DNA of 64,000 nucleotides from Eledone cirrhosa (taxonomy: Eukaryota), in the NCBI GenBank assembly GCA_964016885.1, contig OZ024743.1, positions 372,434,001 to 372,498,000 of the forward strand, in the 5' to 3' direction. Below, piece by piece: positions 39,973 through 53,467 of this stretch (position 1 is the stretch's first letter; each line of letters starts with the position of its first letter). Made by a program: the position numbers and the translations under genes. The notes under the pieces are model-generated. The model was not told the DNA's origin and made no database searches. It saw only the letters and a list, made by a program, of their open reading frames with translations.

Positions 39973-40482
39973 TTTAGTGAATTGGTCACAGGGTTATTTA
40001 CTTTGGTAAACGCCACTGCAGGCCAACCACTAATTAAATTCGATACAGATATAATAAGGTTAAACTCGCTCGTGAGTGAACTGTCCGAGAGACGGTCGCC
40101 AAATAAGCCAAGATGTCTTTTTCTCCCTCCTTTGTAATCCCAAGACCGGAAGTTCAAGGAATCGTCTAGAATTCAACGGGAAGTAACTCCAATTAGTTTT
40201 TTCTCCCCGGGCAAGGTGGCGCTAGTCGCTACAAGGCTCCCCTCCAGACGATAGTTGATAATAACCGTAAGGTCATTGTAGCGAGGAGCCGTAGAATAAG
40301 GAGTAAGCAAAACAAAAGGTACATAAATTACAATGGTTTGTAGCAGAAGCAAAGTATGAAATAAGCATGCAGAAAAATGTAACTGGAACAATACAATTCA
40401 AAACAGTACAAGGGAGCAAGGAAAATAGTGCTCAAAATAAGTTCAAAATTTTTCAAAGTCAAATAGTTAATGCTACTAGGGG

Positions 40483-43165
40483 TTAGACGATTATTGTTTT
40501 TGAGAGTTTCCGTGGCCATATTACTGTCCTGCCACTTTGTGTGACATATGGTTGTGTGGTATGTGGTGTTTGCGGTGAAGGTGAAGGTGTTTGTGTGGGA
40601 GTGTATGTGCGAGGTATGTCAGGCAATGATGTGAGACTTTCAGAGAAAGCCTTCTTTGCTCTGTCAACGGATATTACCTCTTTTCGACCATTGACAGCCA
40701 CTGTAAAGTGTTTTGGTGTGTGCGAAAGCACACGAAAAGGTCCATTATAAGGTGACGTAAGAGGTCCCTTGACGGAATCATTCCGTATGAAAATGTGTGT
40801 CCACGTAGAGATGTCCGATGGAACAGCAGAAGAAATAGATTGGTCACGAGGGTTCATTGGTGGAAGATCCGAGAAATACGAACGAATCCTGGTGACATAT
40901 GATGCTGGGTCAAGATGTGATGAATTCACTGGTGCTAACATTTGTCCAGGAAGAGACAAAGTGGTACCATAAAGAAGTTCAGCAGAAGAAAAACTAAATC
41001 TGTCTTAATGGCAGAACGACAACCAAGAAGCACGATTGGCAAAAATTCGGGCCAACGTTGCAGATCAGGAGTAGCGCGAAGTGCAGCTTTCAACTGTCTA
41101 TGAAACCTCTCGACCATTCCATTGGAGGCTGGATGATAGCTGGTCGTATGAATGTGATGAGCACCCAAGAGTCGTGATATTTCACGAAATAAGGAAGCTT
41201 CAAATTGGCGTCCACGATCCGTAGTTATTTTAGTAGGAACACCAAAGCGAGCAATCCAATTGGAAATGAAAGCTCGGGCAACGGACTCTGCTGTTATGTC
41301 CACTAAGGGTATGGCTTCAGGCCACCGAGAGAAACGATCGATACAAGTCAATATGTATGTGAACCCACGACTAACGGGCCATGGACCAACAATATCCATG
41401 TGAATATGACGAAAACGTGCGTCTGGCGGGCTGAATTTCCCAAGAGGAGCGCGGACATGCCGATAAATCTTAGAGTGCTAACACTTCAAACAAGAACGTG
41501 CACAACCGGTGATTAGACGACGCATATTAAGCCAGAAAAGTCGAGCCGTAATAAGCTTCACCGTGGCAGCTATGCCGGGATGCGACAAGGAATGAAGTGC
41601 ATCAAAAACGGTACATTGATGGCCAGTAGAAATATCGCAGAGAATTTTTCCTTCAGAAGATGGAAGAGGTAAATATTCCAATTTGTAGCAGGAGAACTGG
41701 CCAGAGGAAATGTCCAGCGAATCCAAAGTAGGTTGGTCAGTTGCAATGGCAACTAAATCGATATGTGCAGGAGACGCAAGAGAACACACAGAAAGTCGAG
41801 ATAGTGCGTCCGCGAGTATGTTGGCAGCTCCAGCTATATGACGAATGTCACTGGTGTACTGGGAGATGAAATCCAAATGTCTGTATGCCCTTGGAGAGTA
41901 TCTGTCGGACTTGGTTTGAAGAGCGAATCTGAGTGGTTTATGGTCTGTGAATACCGTGAACTCCCGACCTTCAAGAATAAGCAAGATAAACTGCTAAAAG
42001 GTCTGTCAAAAGTACTGTAACGTTGCTCTGCTGGTTTTAGTTGGCGTGAGAAAAACGCCAGTGATTGAACCTGGTGGTCGATCGCATGTTACAACAGCAT
42101 GATCGGATGCGTCAGCAGATAAAGAAAGTTTCGCGTTTGCAACAGGATGGGCGAGTAAGGAAACTTCAGCTATCTCAGACTTGACGGATTCAAAAGACTG
42201 CAAAGCATCGGCAGAAAGTGAAATAGGAGCATCTTTCTTTTTCGCAGCCTTTAAAAACTGTGTCAAGGAGAACAACTTGTCCGCACAGTTAGGAATGAAG
42301 CGACGATAAAAGTTAATTAATCCCAAGAAATGACGTAATTGTTTCAGGGGGGTGGGTGGTGCGATATGCTGACTCGCTTCTACCTTAGATGGCAAAGGAC
42401 GAATGCCTTCTGAATCTATAAGATGTCCAAGGAATTCCAGTGAATCTGTACCAAACACATTTAGCTGGGTTGATTCTGACTTGGTACGATTGGAGACGTT
42501 GAAATAACTGAGATAGATGTTGATGATGGTGATCAGCTGTGTCACTGGCTATCAGGAGATCATCAACGTAAGCAAACACGAAATCCAATCCACGCGTGAC
42601 TTCATCGATAAAACGCTGGAACGTACTAGAAGCATTCCGCAAACCAAAAGGCATGGACAGGAATTCAAATGAACCAAGCTGTTTTTTTATATATCCTCTG
42701 GATTCATGGGTATCTGGTGGTATCCACGTATTAGATCTATTTTGGAAAATATCTTGCATCCATGCAGAGCGGATGAAAAATCCTGTAAATTTGGTAGAGA
42801 ATAACGGTCCGCCGTGGTGATGGCATTAAGTCGTCGATAATCTCCCACAGGCCTAAAATCCACTTCACCCTTACGAGCCAAGTGAAGCGGAGATGCCCAT
42901 GGGCTGGTGGACGGTCGTATAAGACCGAGCTGGAGCATATGCTCGAACTCGTTTCATGCTTTTTTTAGTCTATCCGGAGCCAACCTTCGTGGACGAGAGA
43001 AAACAGGTGAACCAGTTGTTGTAACGAAGTGTTGAGTCGAGTGGGCTGCCTGGGTAGGTTTAAATGAAATATCCGTTAACTCGGGAAACGAAGTAAGGAG
43101 TGCATGAAACTGGTTTCCAGCGGCAGCCACACAAAATGACGGACTGACAGCAGTAGTGGTAGATT
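40483..43165 (-). pseudogene. Outer Gypsy pol (RT, RNase H, integrase), multiply frameshifted
   Basis: Fragments [55 protein letters not shown]. Confidence 0.93.
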
Positions 43166-43789
43166 TATAACGGGTTTTAGGGTCAATTCTTGGTATACAT
43201 AATAGAAATCAGAAGGCATTTAGAACATTGACTAAATCCATTATCGATGTTGTAACTCTATTTATTAGTTGTACATGTTGAACGGATACATTAGGTACAG
43301 GTCGTATCTACATGTGTAGGATGTAGTTTGGTCCGCTTCATTGCAAGATGGAGATGTTGTTAGCAGCGATGAGTGTAGCCTGGTCTTGTCGATAAGAGAG
43401 GTGCGTGTAGACTAATGTCTCTCTTGGTCACCTCCGCTCACCTGGTGACGTAGTTCTGGACAGTCCAATTAGTGCACCGAAGGTTTCGATTGGCTCACAC
43501 TTCAGCCAACTTACCTCCGTAATACCATTCCGCCGCAGAAGGAAAATACATTTCATTCACTGCTACATCACCCCCTGCTTAGGCTTACAGCCGACAGAGA
43601 AATAAGGGTAGCAGTTGAATGAAAGAAAAAGTACTATATAATAGTAAACACAATAAAATATATCACTGATAAAGAAATGTTCATATTACAGGAAAGTCAG
43701 AAATAGTGTAATGTTCACCTTAGTTCATACATTTAATACAAATACAAGGGCGGAGCAAACTCCAAGAAGATTGCTGTAAATAACATAGT

Positions 43790-46700
43790 TCATATATAAA
43801 GAGTCTTGCAAAGCTTCTTGGGCCAATGTACTCGCCGACCGCTACGTGTGGTGGTGACATATGTAGGTGTAGGTGTGTGCGATGTTATATGTGTATTGTG
43901 GCTTGGCTGATGCCAGGTGTATGTGGGGGGAAAATGGGGCTCTTGTGTGAGAGTGTCTGTATAGGCCCGTTTTACCCTGTCAATGGACACAGTTTCTTTT
44001 TTACCCCCAATGTCTAAGGTGAATAGCTTATCTGTGCGCTCAAGCACGCGATAGGGACCGGTATAAGGTGGCATGAGAGGAGCTCTCACGGCGTCCTTTC
44101 GTAAAAAGACGTGGGTCCATGAAGCAATGTCTTTCGGGACCGAAGATTTGATTGTCTGTTGGCGAGGGTGCATAGGCGGAAGATTGCTGAAATATGATTG
44201 CAGTCTGCTCACATACAGAGCTGGGTCTGTTGCTGGTAGGTCCAATGGAGCTAACATCTGACCAGGCAGAGATATAGGCACTCCGTAAACCAACTCGGCG
44301 GGGGAGTAGCCTAGATCTTCCTTGATGGCTGCACGACAGCCCAGGAGGACAATTGGTACATATTCGCTCCACCGCTGCTGATCCGGATAAGCGCGCAGTG
44401 CGGCTTTCAATTGGCGGTGGAAGCGTTCAATCATTCCGTTAGAAGCTGGATGGTAGCTGGTCGTTCGAATGCGTTGCATTCCCAGGATCCTTGAAAGCTC
44501 TCGGAAAAGGTGTGACTCAAATTGTCCACCGCGGTCAGTGGTGATAGTGGCTGGAACTCCGTAACGCGATATCCAACCCGATACTAGAGCTCGCGCCACA
44601 GATTCCGCCGAAATGTCACTTAAAGGAATGGCTTCAGGCCAACGTGTGAAGCGATCTATGCAGGTCAGGAGGTATGTAAATCCTCGGCTGACCGGCCATG
44701 GTCCGACAAGATCTATATGGACATGGCTGAACCTAGCGTCTGGAGTGCTGAAAGTTCCAAGGGGTGCGCGGATGTGTTTGTGCACCTTTGACTTTTGGCA
44801 GGATAGGCAGGAACGTGTCCAGGCAGTGATGTCACGCCTCATATTAGGCCAGAAGAATCTAGCCGAAATGAGCTTCACTGTGGTCGATATTCCAGGGTGT
44901 GCCAGACCGTGCAAGGTGTCGAAAACTGCTCGACGATGAGTCACTGGCACTAGAGGGCGAGGTGCATCTGTCGAGGTGTCGCAGATAATCTGTGTGTCCG
45001 AAGTGGGCACAGGCAGATATGCAAATTTGCCAGTTGCAAATTCAGAAGACGAGAGGTCCAAAGTATCCAGGGGTGGTTGTTCTGTGGCCATTCGTTGGAG
45101 GTCGATTTCCGCTGGCGATGACAGGGAATTAATTGGGAGGCGAGACAGTGCATCTGCCGCCGCATTCTGTTCACCAGAGATGTGTCGGATATCGCTGGTA
45201 AATTGCGAAACGAAGTCCAAGTGGCGAGTTTCGCGAGGTGAATATTTGTCCGGCTTAGAATGCAGTGCGAACGTAAGCGGACGGTGGTCAGTGTATATAA
45301 CAAATTGGCGACCCTCCAGTGAATGCCGAAAGTGTTTCACTGCAAGGTACATAGCCAAGAGTTCACGGCCGAATGTGCTATACCGTGTTTCTGCAGGCTT
45401 CAGCTGTTTAGAAAAGTAGGCAAGAGGTTGTAACTGTTGTTGGTGATGTTGTTGCAGTACTGCACCTACAGCTGTGCCTGATGCATCAACAACCAGTGAA
45501 AACTGGGCACCAGACACAGGATGTGCAAGCAGTGATGTCTCCGCAAGCTTCCGCTTCACTTCGTCGAAGGCTTTTAGCTGATTCGTGTCCAATGAAATGG
45601 AATCGTTCTTCCTTTTCCTGTTACGTAACAGGTCGGACAGAGGAGACAGGAGATCCGCACAGTGTGGGATAAAGCGCCTGTAATAGTTCAGTAGCCCAAG
45701 GAAATGTCGTAGTTGACGAAGTGAAGTGGGTGGTTGGAGGTCTTGTACCGCTTTCACTTTATCAGGTAGTGGCGAAATTCCTTCTGGGCTGATGACATGG
45801 CCCAAGAAGACAAGTGAGGAAGCACCGAAAACACATTTTGCCGGATTAATTCTCACTTGGTATTTTTGAAATCTCTCGAACAGGAGACGGAGGTGATTGA
45901 CATGTTCCTCAGGTGAGGCACTTGCCACAAGAATGTCGTCGATGTAGTTGTACACGAAGTCTAAATCGCGCACAACTTCATCCATAAATCGTTGGAACGT
46001 GCTGGCTGCGTTTCGCAAACCGAAAGGCATGGTCAAAAATTCAAACGCTCCAAATGGAGTTGTTACTGCAGTTTTAGGTATGTCTGCCGGGTTCACCGGG
46101 ATTTGGTGGTATGCTTTGACCAAATCCAATTTGGAGAATATGTTGCATCCATGCAGCGAAGATGCAAAATCCTGTATGTGTGGTATCGGGTAGCGGTCGG
46201 GTACCGTCATTGCATTTAACCGGCGAAAGTCCCCAGTGGGACGCCAATCACCGGAACGCTTTGGTACCAAATGCAAGGGTGCGGCCCACGGGCTTGAGGA
46301 TGGGCGAATGATCCCGAGCTGCAGCATGTGATTGAATTCAGCCCTTGCGGCCTTCAGTTTCTCAGCAGAGAGACGGCGAGGGCGCGAAAACACAGGAGCT
46401 CCGGATGTTTCAATGTGGTGCTTGGTGGAGTGAGTAGGCTCACTCATCACAAAATTCAAATTTGTTAATTCCGGGAAGGAATGCAAAAGTGATTGGTAAG
46501 GATCTTCTGTAGCAGCGATAAAGAAGACCGGGCTGACCGACGAGACAGTCGATCTGGTACCCGGCACAGACAGTTCTGTGTTGGCATCCAACAACCGGCG
46601 TCTGCGCATATCCACTATCAAGTTATAGTGGTGCAGGAAATCTGAGCCTAGGATGGGGTAAGGCAGATCAGCAACAGTGAAGATCCACGTGAAATCTCTA

Positions 46701-46969
46701 CGCAATTCCAGGTTCAAAGAACGAGAAATCTGACCGTACGTGGGGATCGGTGACTGGTTTACTGCTTGCAGAGAGACGGTTGAGAGTTGGGGCTTCTCTT
46801 TGAGAAGTTTTAGCGGCCAAATGCTACAAGCCGCGCCGGTGTCGATCAGACAACGTGCTTGCGACTCAGTGTCTGTGATGAAAAACACACGGTTATTAGG
46901 GAGGGTCAGAGGAGACTGTGCCGTGCTCAGGTCTCCTGAAATCTGTTTCCCTGGTCTGAAAATGTACAA
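43790..46969 (-). CDS. pol: Gypsy Pol (PR-RT-RNaseH-IN), intact, in the -1 frame relative to gag
   Basis: LIDTGA, YIDD, VDAS, HGLAHPG...CLSC, DDE core and GPY motifs. Confidence 0.96.
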   Translation of the reverse strand: MYIFRPGKQISGDLSTAQSPLTLPNNRVFFITDTESQARCLIDTGAACSIWPLKLLKEKPQLSTVSLQAVNQSPIPTYGQISRSLNLELRRDFTWIFTVADLPYPILGSDFLHHYNLIVDMRRRRLLDANTELSVPGTRSTVSSVSPVFFIAATEDPYQSLLHSFPELTNLNFVMSEPTHSTKHHIETSGAPVFSRPRRLSAEKLKAARAEFNHMLQLGIIRPSSSPWAAPLHLVPKRSGDWRPTGDFRRLNAMTVPDRYPIPHIQDFASSLHGCNIFSKLDLVKAYHQIPVNPADIPKTAVTTPFGAFEFLTMPFGLRNAASTFQRFMDEVVRDLDFVYNYIDDILVASASPEEHVNHLRLLFERFQKYQVRINPAKCVFGASSLVFLGHVISPEGISPLPDKVKAVQDLQPPTSLRQLRHFLGLLNYYRRFIPHCADLLSPLSDLLRNRKRKNDSISLDTNQLKAFDEVKRKLAETSLLAHPVSGAQFSLVVDASGTAVGAVLQQHHQQQLQPLAYFSKQLKPAETRYSTFGRELLAMYLAVKHFRHSLEGRQFVIYTDHRPLTFALHSKPDKYSPRETRHLDFVSQFTSDIRHISGEQNAAADALSRLPINSLSSPAEIDLQRMATEQPPLDTLDLSSSEFATGKFAYLPVPTSDTQIICDTSTDAPRPLVPVTHRRAVFDTLHGLAHPGISTTVKLISARFFWPNMRRDITAWTRSCLSCQKSKVHKHIRAPLGTFSTPDARFSHVHIDLVGPWPVSRGFTYLLTCIDRFTRWPEAIPLSDISAESVARALVSGWISRYGVPATITTDRGGQFESHLFRELSRILGMQRIRTTSYHPASNGMIERFHRQLKAALRAYPDQQRWSEYVPIVLLGCRAAIKEDLGYSPAELVYGVPISLPGQMLAPLDLPATDPALYVSRLQSYFSNLPPMHPRQQTIKSSVPKDIASWTHVFLRKDAVRAPLMPPYTGPYRVLERTDKLFTLDIGGKKETVSIDRVKRAYTDTLTQEPHFPPTYTWHQPSHNTHITSHTPTPTYVTTTRSGRRVHWPKKLCKTLYI
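46910..46951 (-). promoter_or_regulatory. -1 ribosomal frameshift signal
   Basis: Slippery G GGA AAC at 46951-46945 in the gag frame, a 7-nt spacer, then stem aggagac...gtctcct. Confidence 0.8.
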
Positions 46970-47853
46970 GGCTGTTTACAGGAGCGTGCTGCTGCGCCAA
47001 AACGGCTGTGGTAGTAACACAAACCTGAACTGCTTGTGTGACGGCGTCGTGGCGAGGGTGAACGGCGTCTGGGCGAATGAGCCCTGTGAGTGCTTAGTTT
47101 TCTCACTTCCTTGGTTAGCTGCTCTATTGCTTGCAGCATTGCTGCATTTGCAAGTGACTGGTCGGTATAACTGGCAGCCGCTGGAGTGAAGGAGGCGACC
47201 GCAGTCGGCGGCTGGGATGCATTGAAGGAGACAGGAGCGAACGGATTGACCGCAGCCGGTGGCTGGGGTGCCTGGAAGGAGGCAGGAGAGAACGGATTGA
47301 CCGCAGCCGGTGGCTGAGGTGCCTGAAAGGGGGCAAATGAGGCTGGGTGTCCGATGACACTCATAACCCTGTCGGCCGAAGCCGCTAGCTGGTCGACAGG
47401 AGCAGCCTCTATCATGGGCGCTAAGATCGCCTGAACTCCGGGGGGTAGCCTTGAGACAAAAAGCTGTCTAAGGAGGGCACTGTCAGCTGGGGCATCTTCC
47501 GCCAGCTCTCTCATCCGACGCAGTAGTTGTGTGGGCGTCCGATCACCCAAATGTTCGTCATTGACGAGCGTCTGAAATTTTTTTTCTGCGGACAATGTGG
47601 TCCGCCGCAACACTTCGAGCTTCACGCTCTCATAGGTGGCCCCAGGGCGAGGATCTGTAATTAAGTCTTTGACGACCGACGTCAATGACGCTGGAAAAGC
47701 GCTTAACAGGAGATTTAACTGTCTGTGGTCACTGGTGATGCTATTCGCTGTGAAATGTGCTTCTATCTGGGCGAACCAGACAGTGACGTCACCGGTAAAC
47801 GGTGGCAATGAAGTGCTACCCATTGTGTATACTGATGTAAAAGCAAAGGGCAA
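46927..47853 (-). CDS. gag: Gypsy Gag with CHCC knuckle
   Basis: LPPF...[20 protein letters not shown] and [18 protein letters not shown] (Cx2Hx9Cx3C, the CsRn1 signature). The start codon may be the ATG at 47823. Confidence 0.94.
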   Translation of the reverse strand: MPFAFTSVYTMGSTSLPPFTGDVTVWFAQIEAHFTANSITSDHRQLNLLLSAFPASLTSVVKDLITDPRPGATYESVKLEVLRRTTLSAEKKFQTLVNDEHLGDRTPTQLLRRMRELAEDAPADSALLRQLFVSRLPPGVQAILAPMIEAAPVDQLAASADRVMSVIGHPASFAPFQAPQPPAAVNPFSPASFQAPQPPAAVNPFAPVSFNASQPPTAVASFTPAAASYTDQSLANAAMLQAIEQLTKEVRKLSTHRAHSPRRRSPSPRRRHTSSSGLCYYHSRFGAAARSCKQPCTFSDQGNRFQET

Positions 47854-48472
47854 AGAAAGGACAACTCTGCACTTGTCACCGAGACAAAAGTGAACATTCA
47901 GGCCAAGAAAAAATATAATCCGAGTGAAGGACAGAAAAAGAAAAATATATCAAAAACAATGTTGGAGGGAAAAACGTCAAGCTTTAAAAAAAAATTATGA
48001 TTTATCTTTGTCCTATTATTTTTTTTTTTTTTTTTTTTGTACTTTTCAAAATGGCGTTGCCTCCGTCATTTTGGCGGGAAAACAGCTGAAGAAGACGGAA
48101 GTCGGCCATCTTGCTCTGACTGGCTATCGGCGCCAACAGTTTTTTTTGTTTTTTTTTTATAGCGTCGCCCAATCAGAAATTGAGAGGAAAAAATAAGATT
48201 TTTGTATTAACGCATGTGTTCGGTGATGTTAGAAAGTGAAGGTGTGATGTGCAGATTTAGTAACAATAAGACAATATATCAAATACATATTAGGACTCAA
48301 GCTAATCGCGTACATACCCCGAGAAAAGGCGAGTGGCTTTGTTTTTTTGGGGGGGGTGGGGGGGGGGATGCGAAATGTTGATGTGTTCGTTGCAACGGAA
48401 AGATGTGGTTTCTTCTGTGTTGATGTCCTTAAACGTTCGGGTCACCATTTATAATGTGATTTGTTGTATCGT

Positions 48473-48490
48473 ATCACGTCGGGGTCACCA
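48473..48490 (-). promoter_or_regulatory. Primer-binding site, tRNA-Trp
   Basis: atcacgtcggggtcacca matches the 3' 18 nt of metazoan tRNA-Trp and lies 2 nt from the LTR. Confidence 0.92.
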
Positions 48491-48894
48491 TTTATAACAG
48501 GTTTTAGGGTCAATTCTTGGTATACATAATAGAAATCAGAAGGCATTTAGAACATTGACTAAATCCATTATCGATGTTGTAACTCTATTTATTAGTTGTA
48601 CATGTTGAACGGATACATTAGGTACAGGTAGTATCTACATGTGTAGGATGTAGTTTGGTCCGCTTCATTGCAAGATGGAGATGTTGTTAGCAGCGATGAG
48701 TGTAGCCTGGTCTTGTCGATAAGAGAGGTGCGTGTAGACTAATGTCTCTCTTGGTCACCTCCGCTCACCTGGTGACGTAGTTCTGGACAGTCCAATTAGT
48801 GCACCGAAGGTTTCGATTGGCTCACACTTCAGCCAACTTACCTCCGTAATACCATTCCGCCGCAGAAGGAAAATACATTTCATTCACTGCTACA

Positions 48895-50034
48895 GATTTA
48901 CGAGTAGGCGTAGATTAGGATGTAGTACTATCCACAAGTTTCTGGTTCCTGACATCTACCAAAAGTGAAAAGTGCTGTAAGAAATCCGCACTGAGAATAG
49001 GATGAGGTAGGTCGGCAATGACAAAAATCCATTTGAAATCTCGACTTAAAGCTAGGTCCAATGTTAAAGATATTTGTCCATAAGTTTTTATAGGAGACTG
49101 GTTTACTGCATACAAAGAAATGCCGGAAAGAGTTGGCTTGGTAGAGTTGAACCGTAAGGGTCAAATACTGCAACTTGATCCTGTGTCGACCATGAATGAT
49201 TTGTTTGAAACTCGGTCTCTAATGAAAAAAGCACGATAAGGTGAATTAATGAGGGAGAGATCTGCCGTGCCCAGACTCTCCAATTTTAGTTTTCCGATGT
49301 CTCGAAAGAGCTGGGCTGAATACAATGTTTCGCCTTTTCACGAAAACGCATGTGATACCAATACAAAGACGAGTTGTTGGCGGGGAGGTTGGCGCGACGG
49401 TGAAAAGAAGAAGACCGTCTATATGGCGTTCGATCCCTACATAGTTTAGCTACTTGCCTAGTTAGCGCGTCAATGGCTCTCAACATTGAGTCCTCACGAG
49501 GTGAAGCAGGCTGGGTTTTGAAAGCAAAAGAGGCAATGACCGAATCAGCCGAGGAAGGTTCTCTAGAATATTACATAATTATGCCCGCAGATGCCGCAAT
49601 TTGTTCTATCGAACTGGTGTCAACCGTATTCGCTAATATGGTTTTCACATTAGTTGGCAAACGGGAGAAGAAGAACTTTTACGAAGGAACTGTCTTCGAG
49701 TGCAGCATCACTGAGTTCACGGATACGCCGTAAAAACTCTGTAAGAGTTCTGTCCCCCAGATTTTCATCCTCTCATAAGGAACGAAATTTACTCTCAGGT
49801 GACCTACAGTTCCTACGCAGTATCTCTGTCTTCAGAGACTCGTAGGAAACGCCTTGGGGAGGATTCTTGATTATATCTTTTACTGTTATCGCTAGTGAAG
49901 CTGGAATTCCGCTGATTAGCACGTTTAATTTTTGCTCTTTTTTCCTCTACTCCGTTGACCGCAAAATACGCACCAAGCTGGGCGAACCACAATTTGGCAT
50001 CGCCAGAATACGCTGGTAACGATGTGCTGCGCAT
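48895..50034 (-). pseudogene. Outer Gypsy gag and protease region, disrupted
   Basis: SLPAYSGDAKLWFAQL, YWYHMRFREKAKHCIQPS, AVNQSPIKTYGQ...ADLPHPIL. It joins in frame to 43165 once the inner element is removed. Confidence 0.9.
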
Positions 50035-50402
50035 GGTGAAATTTCGACGAGAGAGATGATTTTTTTTTCAAAACGTCGGTAGAAATTATTTGTTCAAACG
50101 TCGGTAGAAATTATATGTTCAAACGGGGGTCACCACTTTAGTGAATTGGTCACAGGGTTATTTACTTTGGTAAACGCCACTGCAGGCCAACCACTAATTA
50201 AATTCGATACAGATATAATAAGGTTAACAAACTTATTCGTGAGTGAACTGACCGAGAGCCGGTCGCCAAATAAGCCAAGATGTCTCTTTTCTCCCTCCTT
50301 TATAATACCTAGACCGGAAGTTCAAGGAATCTTCTGGAATTCAACGGAAAGTAACTCCAATTAGTTTTTTTCTCCCCGGGCAAGGTGGCGCTAGTCGCTA
50401 CA

Positions 50403-50968
50403 AAATCATTATAGTGGATCATCGTAAAATATCGGTGAAATGCAACCAGAAGTCCGTCGCATGTTTCTAAATGTTGAGCGATTGCTCAGGCTACTTTTAA
50501 TGTCTCCAACCAGTTCTTGGGAAGCTGAAAGATCTTTTAGCGCTCTGCAGAGATTCAAAACTTGGTTGCGATCGACCATGACTCAACAAAGGTTGAATCA
50601 TATTCTAATATGAGACGTTCATAAAGATGTTTTGAAAAAGATTAGTTGTGAAGAAGTTGCTAAATTATTTATTGACAGCAATGATGCGAGATATGATACA
50701 TTTGGAAAGTTCTAAAAGACAAATTTACTTTATATGATTTTTATTCAAACGTCTATGTTTTATTTTTTGTTTATTTCATATAATAAGTACTTTTTAAGCT
50801 TATTTTTTTTTTATATCTGAACTTCATTTGAATATATAAAATTTAATTAGCGTAAAGAAATTTTTACTTACGTGATAGGGCTCAGGAAAGACACCATAAG
50901 TAATACTAAAATGCTCCAACAAATGTTGGTTTGTCCCCCTCACATTTTTAAGGCAAACGAGGCCCCTG
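50403..50968 (+). pseudogene. C-terminal dimerisation domain and right end of the ZMYM1-like hAT
   Basis: The frame continues across the removed Gypsy: SPTSSWEAERSFSALQRFKTWLRSTMTQQRLN, stop at 50715. Probable TIR ...ggcaaacgaggcccctg ends at 50968. Confidence 0.85.
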
Positions 50969-51706
50969 GAAAAGAGCAACATTATTCACTGACCAGTTCA
51001 TCACCGTGATCGGCTTGACCTCGATACTTCAGCTCATTCTTACTAACATTCGGTTTGCTTGACCCCATCTTATCTTCATTGCATTTCCACATCATTTATT
51101 CTATAACTAGGTTGTTGCTATTCCTATATAAACTGACTGTTTATACTACGATCAAGTCTTGTTATAGCCTTGGGTTTAAGGAAATGCTTTTGTAGTCTTC
51201 AACAGTCATCCATTATAATTGCAGCACCATTACAAGAATATCACAGTGATGCATTAAGGTAAGGGCGATAATTTGAGTAACTCTGACTAATAAGTAATGT
51301 CTTAACTTAGTATTATCGCGTCTTATCACTACGTGCTTAATTGATGAATTCCATTTCAAAATAGCACATTACTAGTCATTCTTGCATTAAGTTCTCTTGA
51401 ACTCGTTGCCTCATTGATCCTTTATTGAGTCTGCCACCTTAATTCCCTCAAGCTAAGTTATTACTACTCCTACATAAAAGACTGGTTAATCTTCATATAT
51501 AACTTGTCTCCACTTGGTTAATTAATGACAATATTTGTCTTTTTCATTGCAGTTTTGTTTATTACAAAGTGTTATTCCAGAACATTACTTGAAACTTTAT
51601 CATACTGGAACAGGACTCATTATAGTAAGTTCCTTATACATAAGTTTATAGGCTTATATAGGCAAATCTTTGCGTAACTTTACCAAACACATTCGATAAA
51701 CAGAAA

Positions 51707-53467
51707 ATGGCCTCAGCAATGAAGAAAAAATGCAGGCAGTACAGCATTGATTACTTACGGTTCGGATTCATCCCATCACCGTCGAACCACCTGTCACCCA
51801 TGTGTTTAATTTGCAAGGAGTCCTTTTCGAATGAGGTGATGAAGCCATCGCGTTTGAGTAGACACCTGGAGGTGAGGCACCTCGATAAGAGATGTAAAGA
51901 TTTAGCATACTTTCAGTCTCTTAGGGACCAATTCCAGAAAACAACACTAATTTCTTCTGCCTTTTCAAAAGTTGAAGCTTCAAATGTTGATGGACTTGTC
52001 GCATCTTACAATATTGCCAACATAATCGCAAAGTGTGGAAAGCCCCATTCCTTGAAACATTGGTAGCCCTGTCATCTCAGAAGTTATTTCAACAGTACTT
52101 CATCAGAACCCGTTAAAGACCTTGAAATGTATTCCGTTGAGTAACGACTCAATAAGGAGACGCAGCGACGAAATGGTGGAAAATGTTGAACAACAATTAT
52201 GCAACATCTTGAAATCGACACAATTTGCTTTGCAACTTGATGAAAGCACACTTTCCAGGAATCAGTCCTTACTACTGGGATACGTGCGATTTTTCCACCA
52301 AAACGAAATGCACGAGGAGCTTCTCTTCACTCTGAATCTAGCCACAGATACTAAAGGTGCCACCATCTTTGAATCTGTCAAGGGATACCTCGAAGAAAAA
52401 GAGATACCTCTTAACAATATTGTATCATGTGCTACGGATGGCGCAAGAGAAATGGTCGGCCAACATAAGGGTTTTGTCTCTCTTCTGAAAAGGGAAAATC
52501 CATCTGTATTTGCTGTTCATTGTGTCATTTATCGACAACACTTGGCTGCGAAGAAACTCAGCAAGCCGCTGAGCAAGTCTTTGCAGGTAGCCATTGATGT
52601 CATCAATTATATCAAACGCCATGCCCTCAATGAACGAATTTTCTGGCAACTGTGTGAAGATAATGACGAAGAATTCGTCGAGTTGCTCCTTCATACTGAA
52701 GTGAGGTGGCTTTCAAAGGGTAAGTGCTTTACTCGCTTCTTTGAACTGTTCGACTCTATCATTGAGTTTCTTCGAGGGCGCAACACAGAAATGTACAAGA
52801 AAACCCTCGATGTGAGGCAAGACTGCGCCTACCTCGCCGACATCTTCGACAAATGCAATAGCCTCATTATGGCTTTGCAGGGGAAGAAGATCACCTTGTT
52901 TAAAGCAAGGAATGCTGTGAAAATATTCCTGGCCAAATTGAAAGTCATCGAAAGGAATCTTTGTCGATGGGAATTCTATAATTTTCCTAGTGTCGCCAAT
53001 GTTCAAAACATTGTGAGCAATGACCAACTCCAAATTTATACCGCTCACCTCCGTGCACTACAAGACAACATGAGAGAACGGTTTGTTGACCTTTTGCAGA
53101 TGGACATCCCAATGTGGATAGCAGATCCCTTCATAGCTAACGTCGACGATTTCGACGTTAAATTTCAGGAAGAATTAATTGAACTTCAGACAGATGACAT
53201 TATCAAAATAAAATGTTCCAAAATAGGTGAACCCCTTTTTTGGATGCAAGAGTAAATTCAGCGTCGATTTCCACTCCTACATGCAGAGGCTAAGAGATTT
53301 GCTTTGCCTTTTCCTTGCTCATACTTAGTCGAGAGGGGGTTTGGTGTTGTTTCCAGACTGCATAGTAAGGCTCGCAACCGCTACAATGTGATTGCACGTG
53401 GAGATCTCCGACTACAGCTCACGTCAAAGAGTTAGCTAAACTCCATGAAGCTCAAGGGTCCCATTGA
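51707..53467 (+). pseudogene. Buster/Charlie (ZBED5/SCAND3-like) hAT transposase, disrupted
   Basis: BED finger PMCLIC...MKPSRLSRHL; LDEST, ATDGA, HTEVRWLSKG, SYLVERGF. Frameshift at ~52055, stop at 53253, and CxxH changed to CVIY. Confidence 0.92.

Larger units (their letters stand above)
43166..48894 (-). mobile_element. Inner, intact, young CsRn1-clade Gypsy element (5.7 kb)
   Basis: 402-bp LTRs at 43166-43567 and 48493-48894 with 2 differences seen. TSD gatt. PBS at 48473-48490. PPT at 43568-43576. Confidence 0.97.
39973..50402 (-). mobile_element. Outer (older, decayed) CsRn1-clade Gypsy LTR retrotransposon
   Basis: LTRs at 39973-40233 and 50137-50402. TSD aaat. tRNA-Trp-like PBS gggggtcacca at 50125-50135. 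PPT at 40234-40245. Confidence 0.95.

Noticed and set aside
51707-53467. Domesticated ZBED5/SCAND3-like host gene
   Set aside because: It has a frameshift, a premature stop and flanking TIR/TSD, so it is a decayed transposon.
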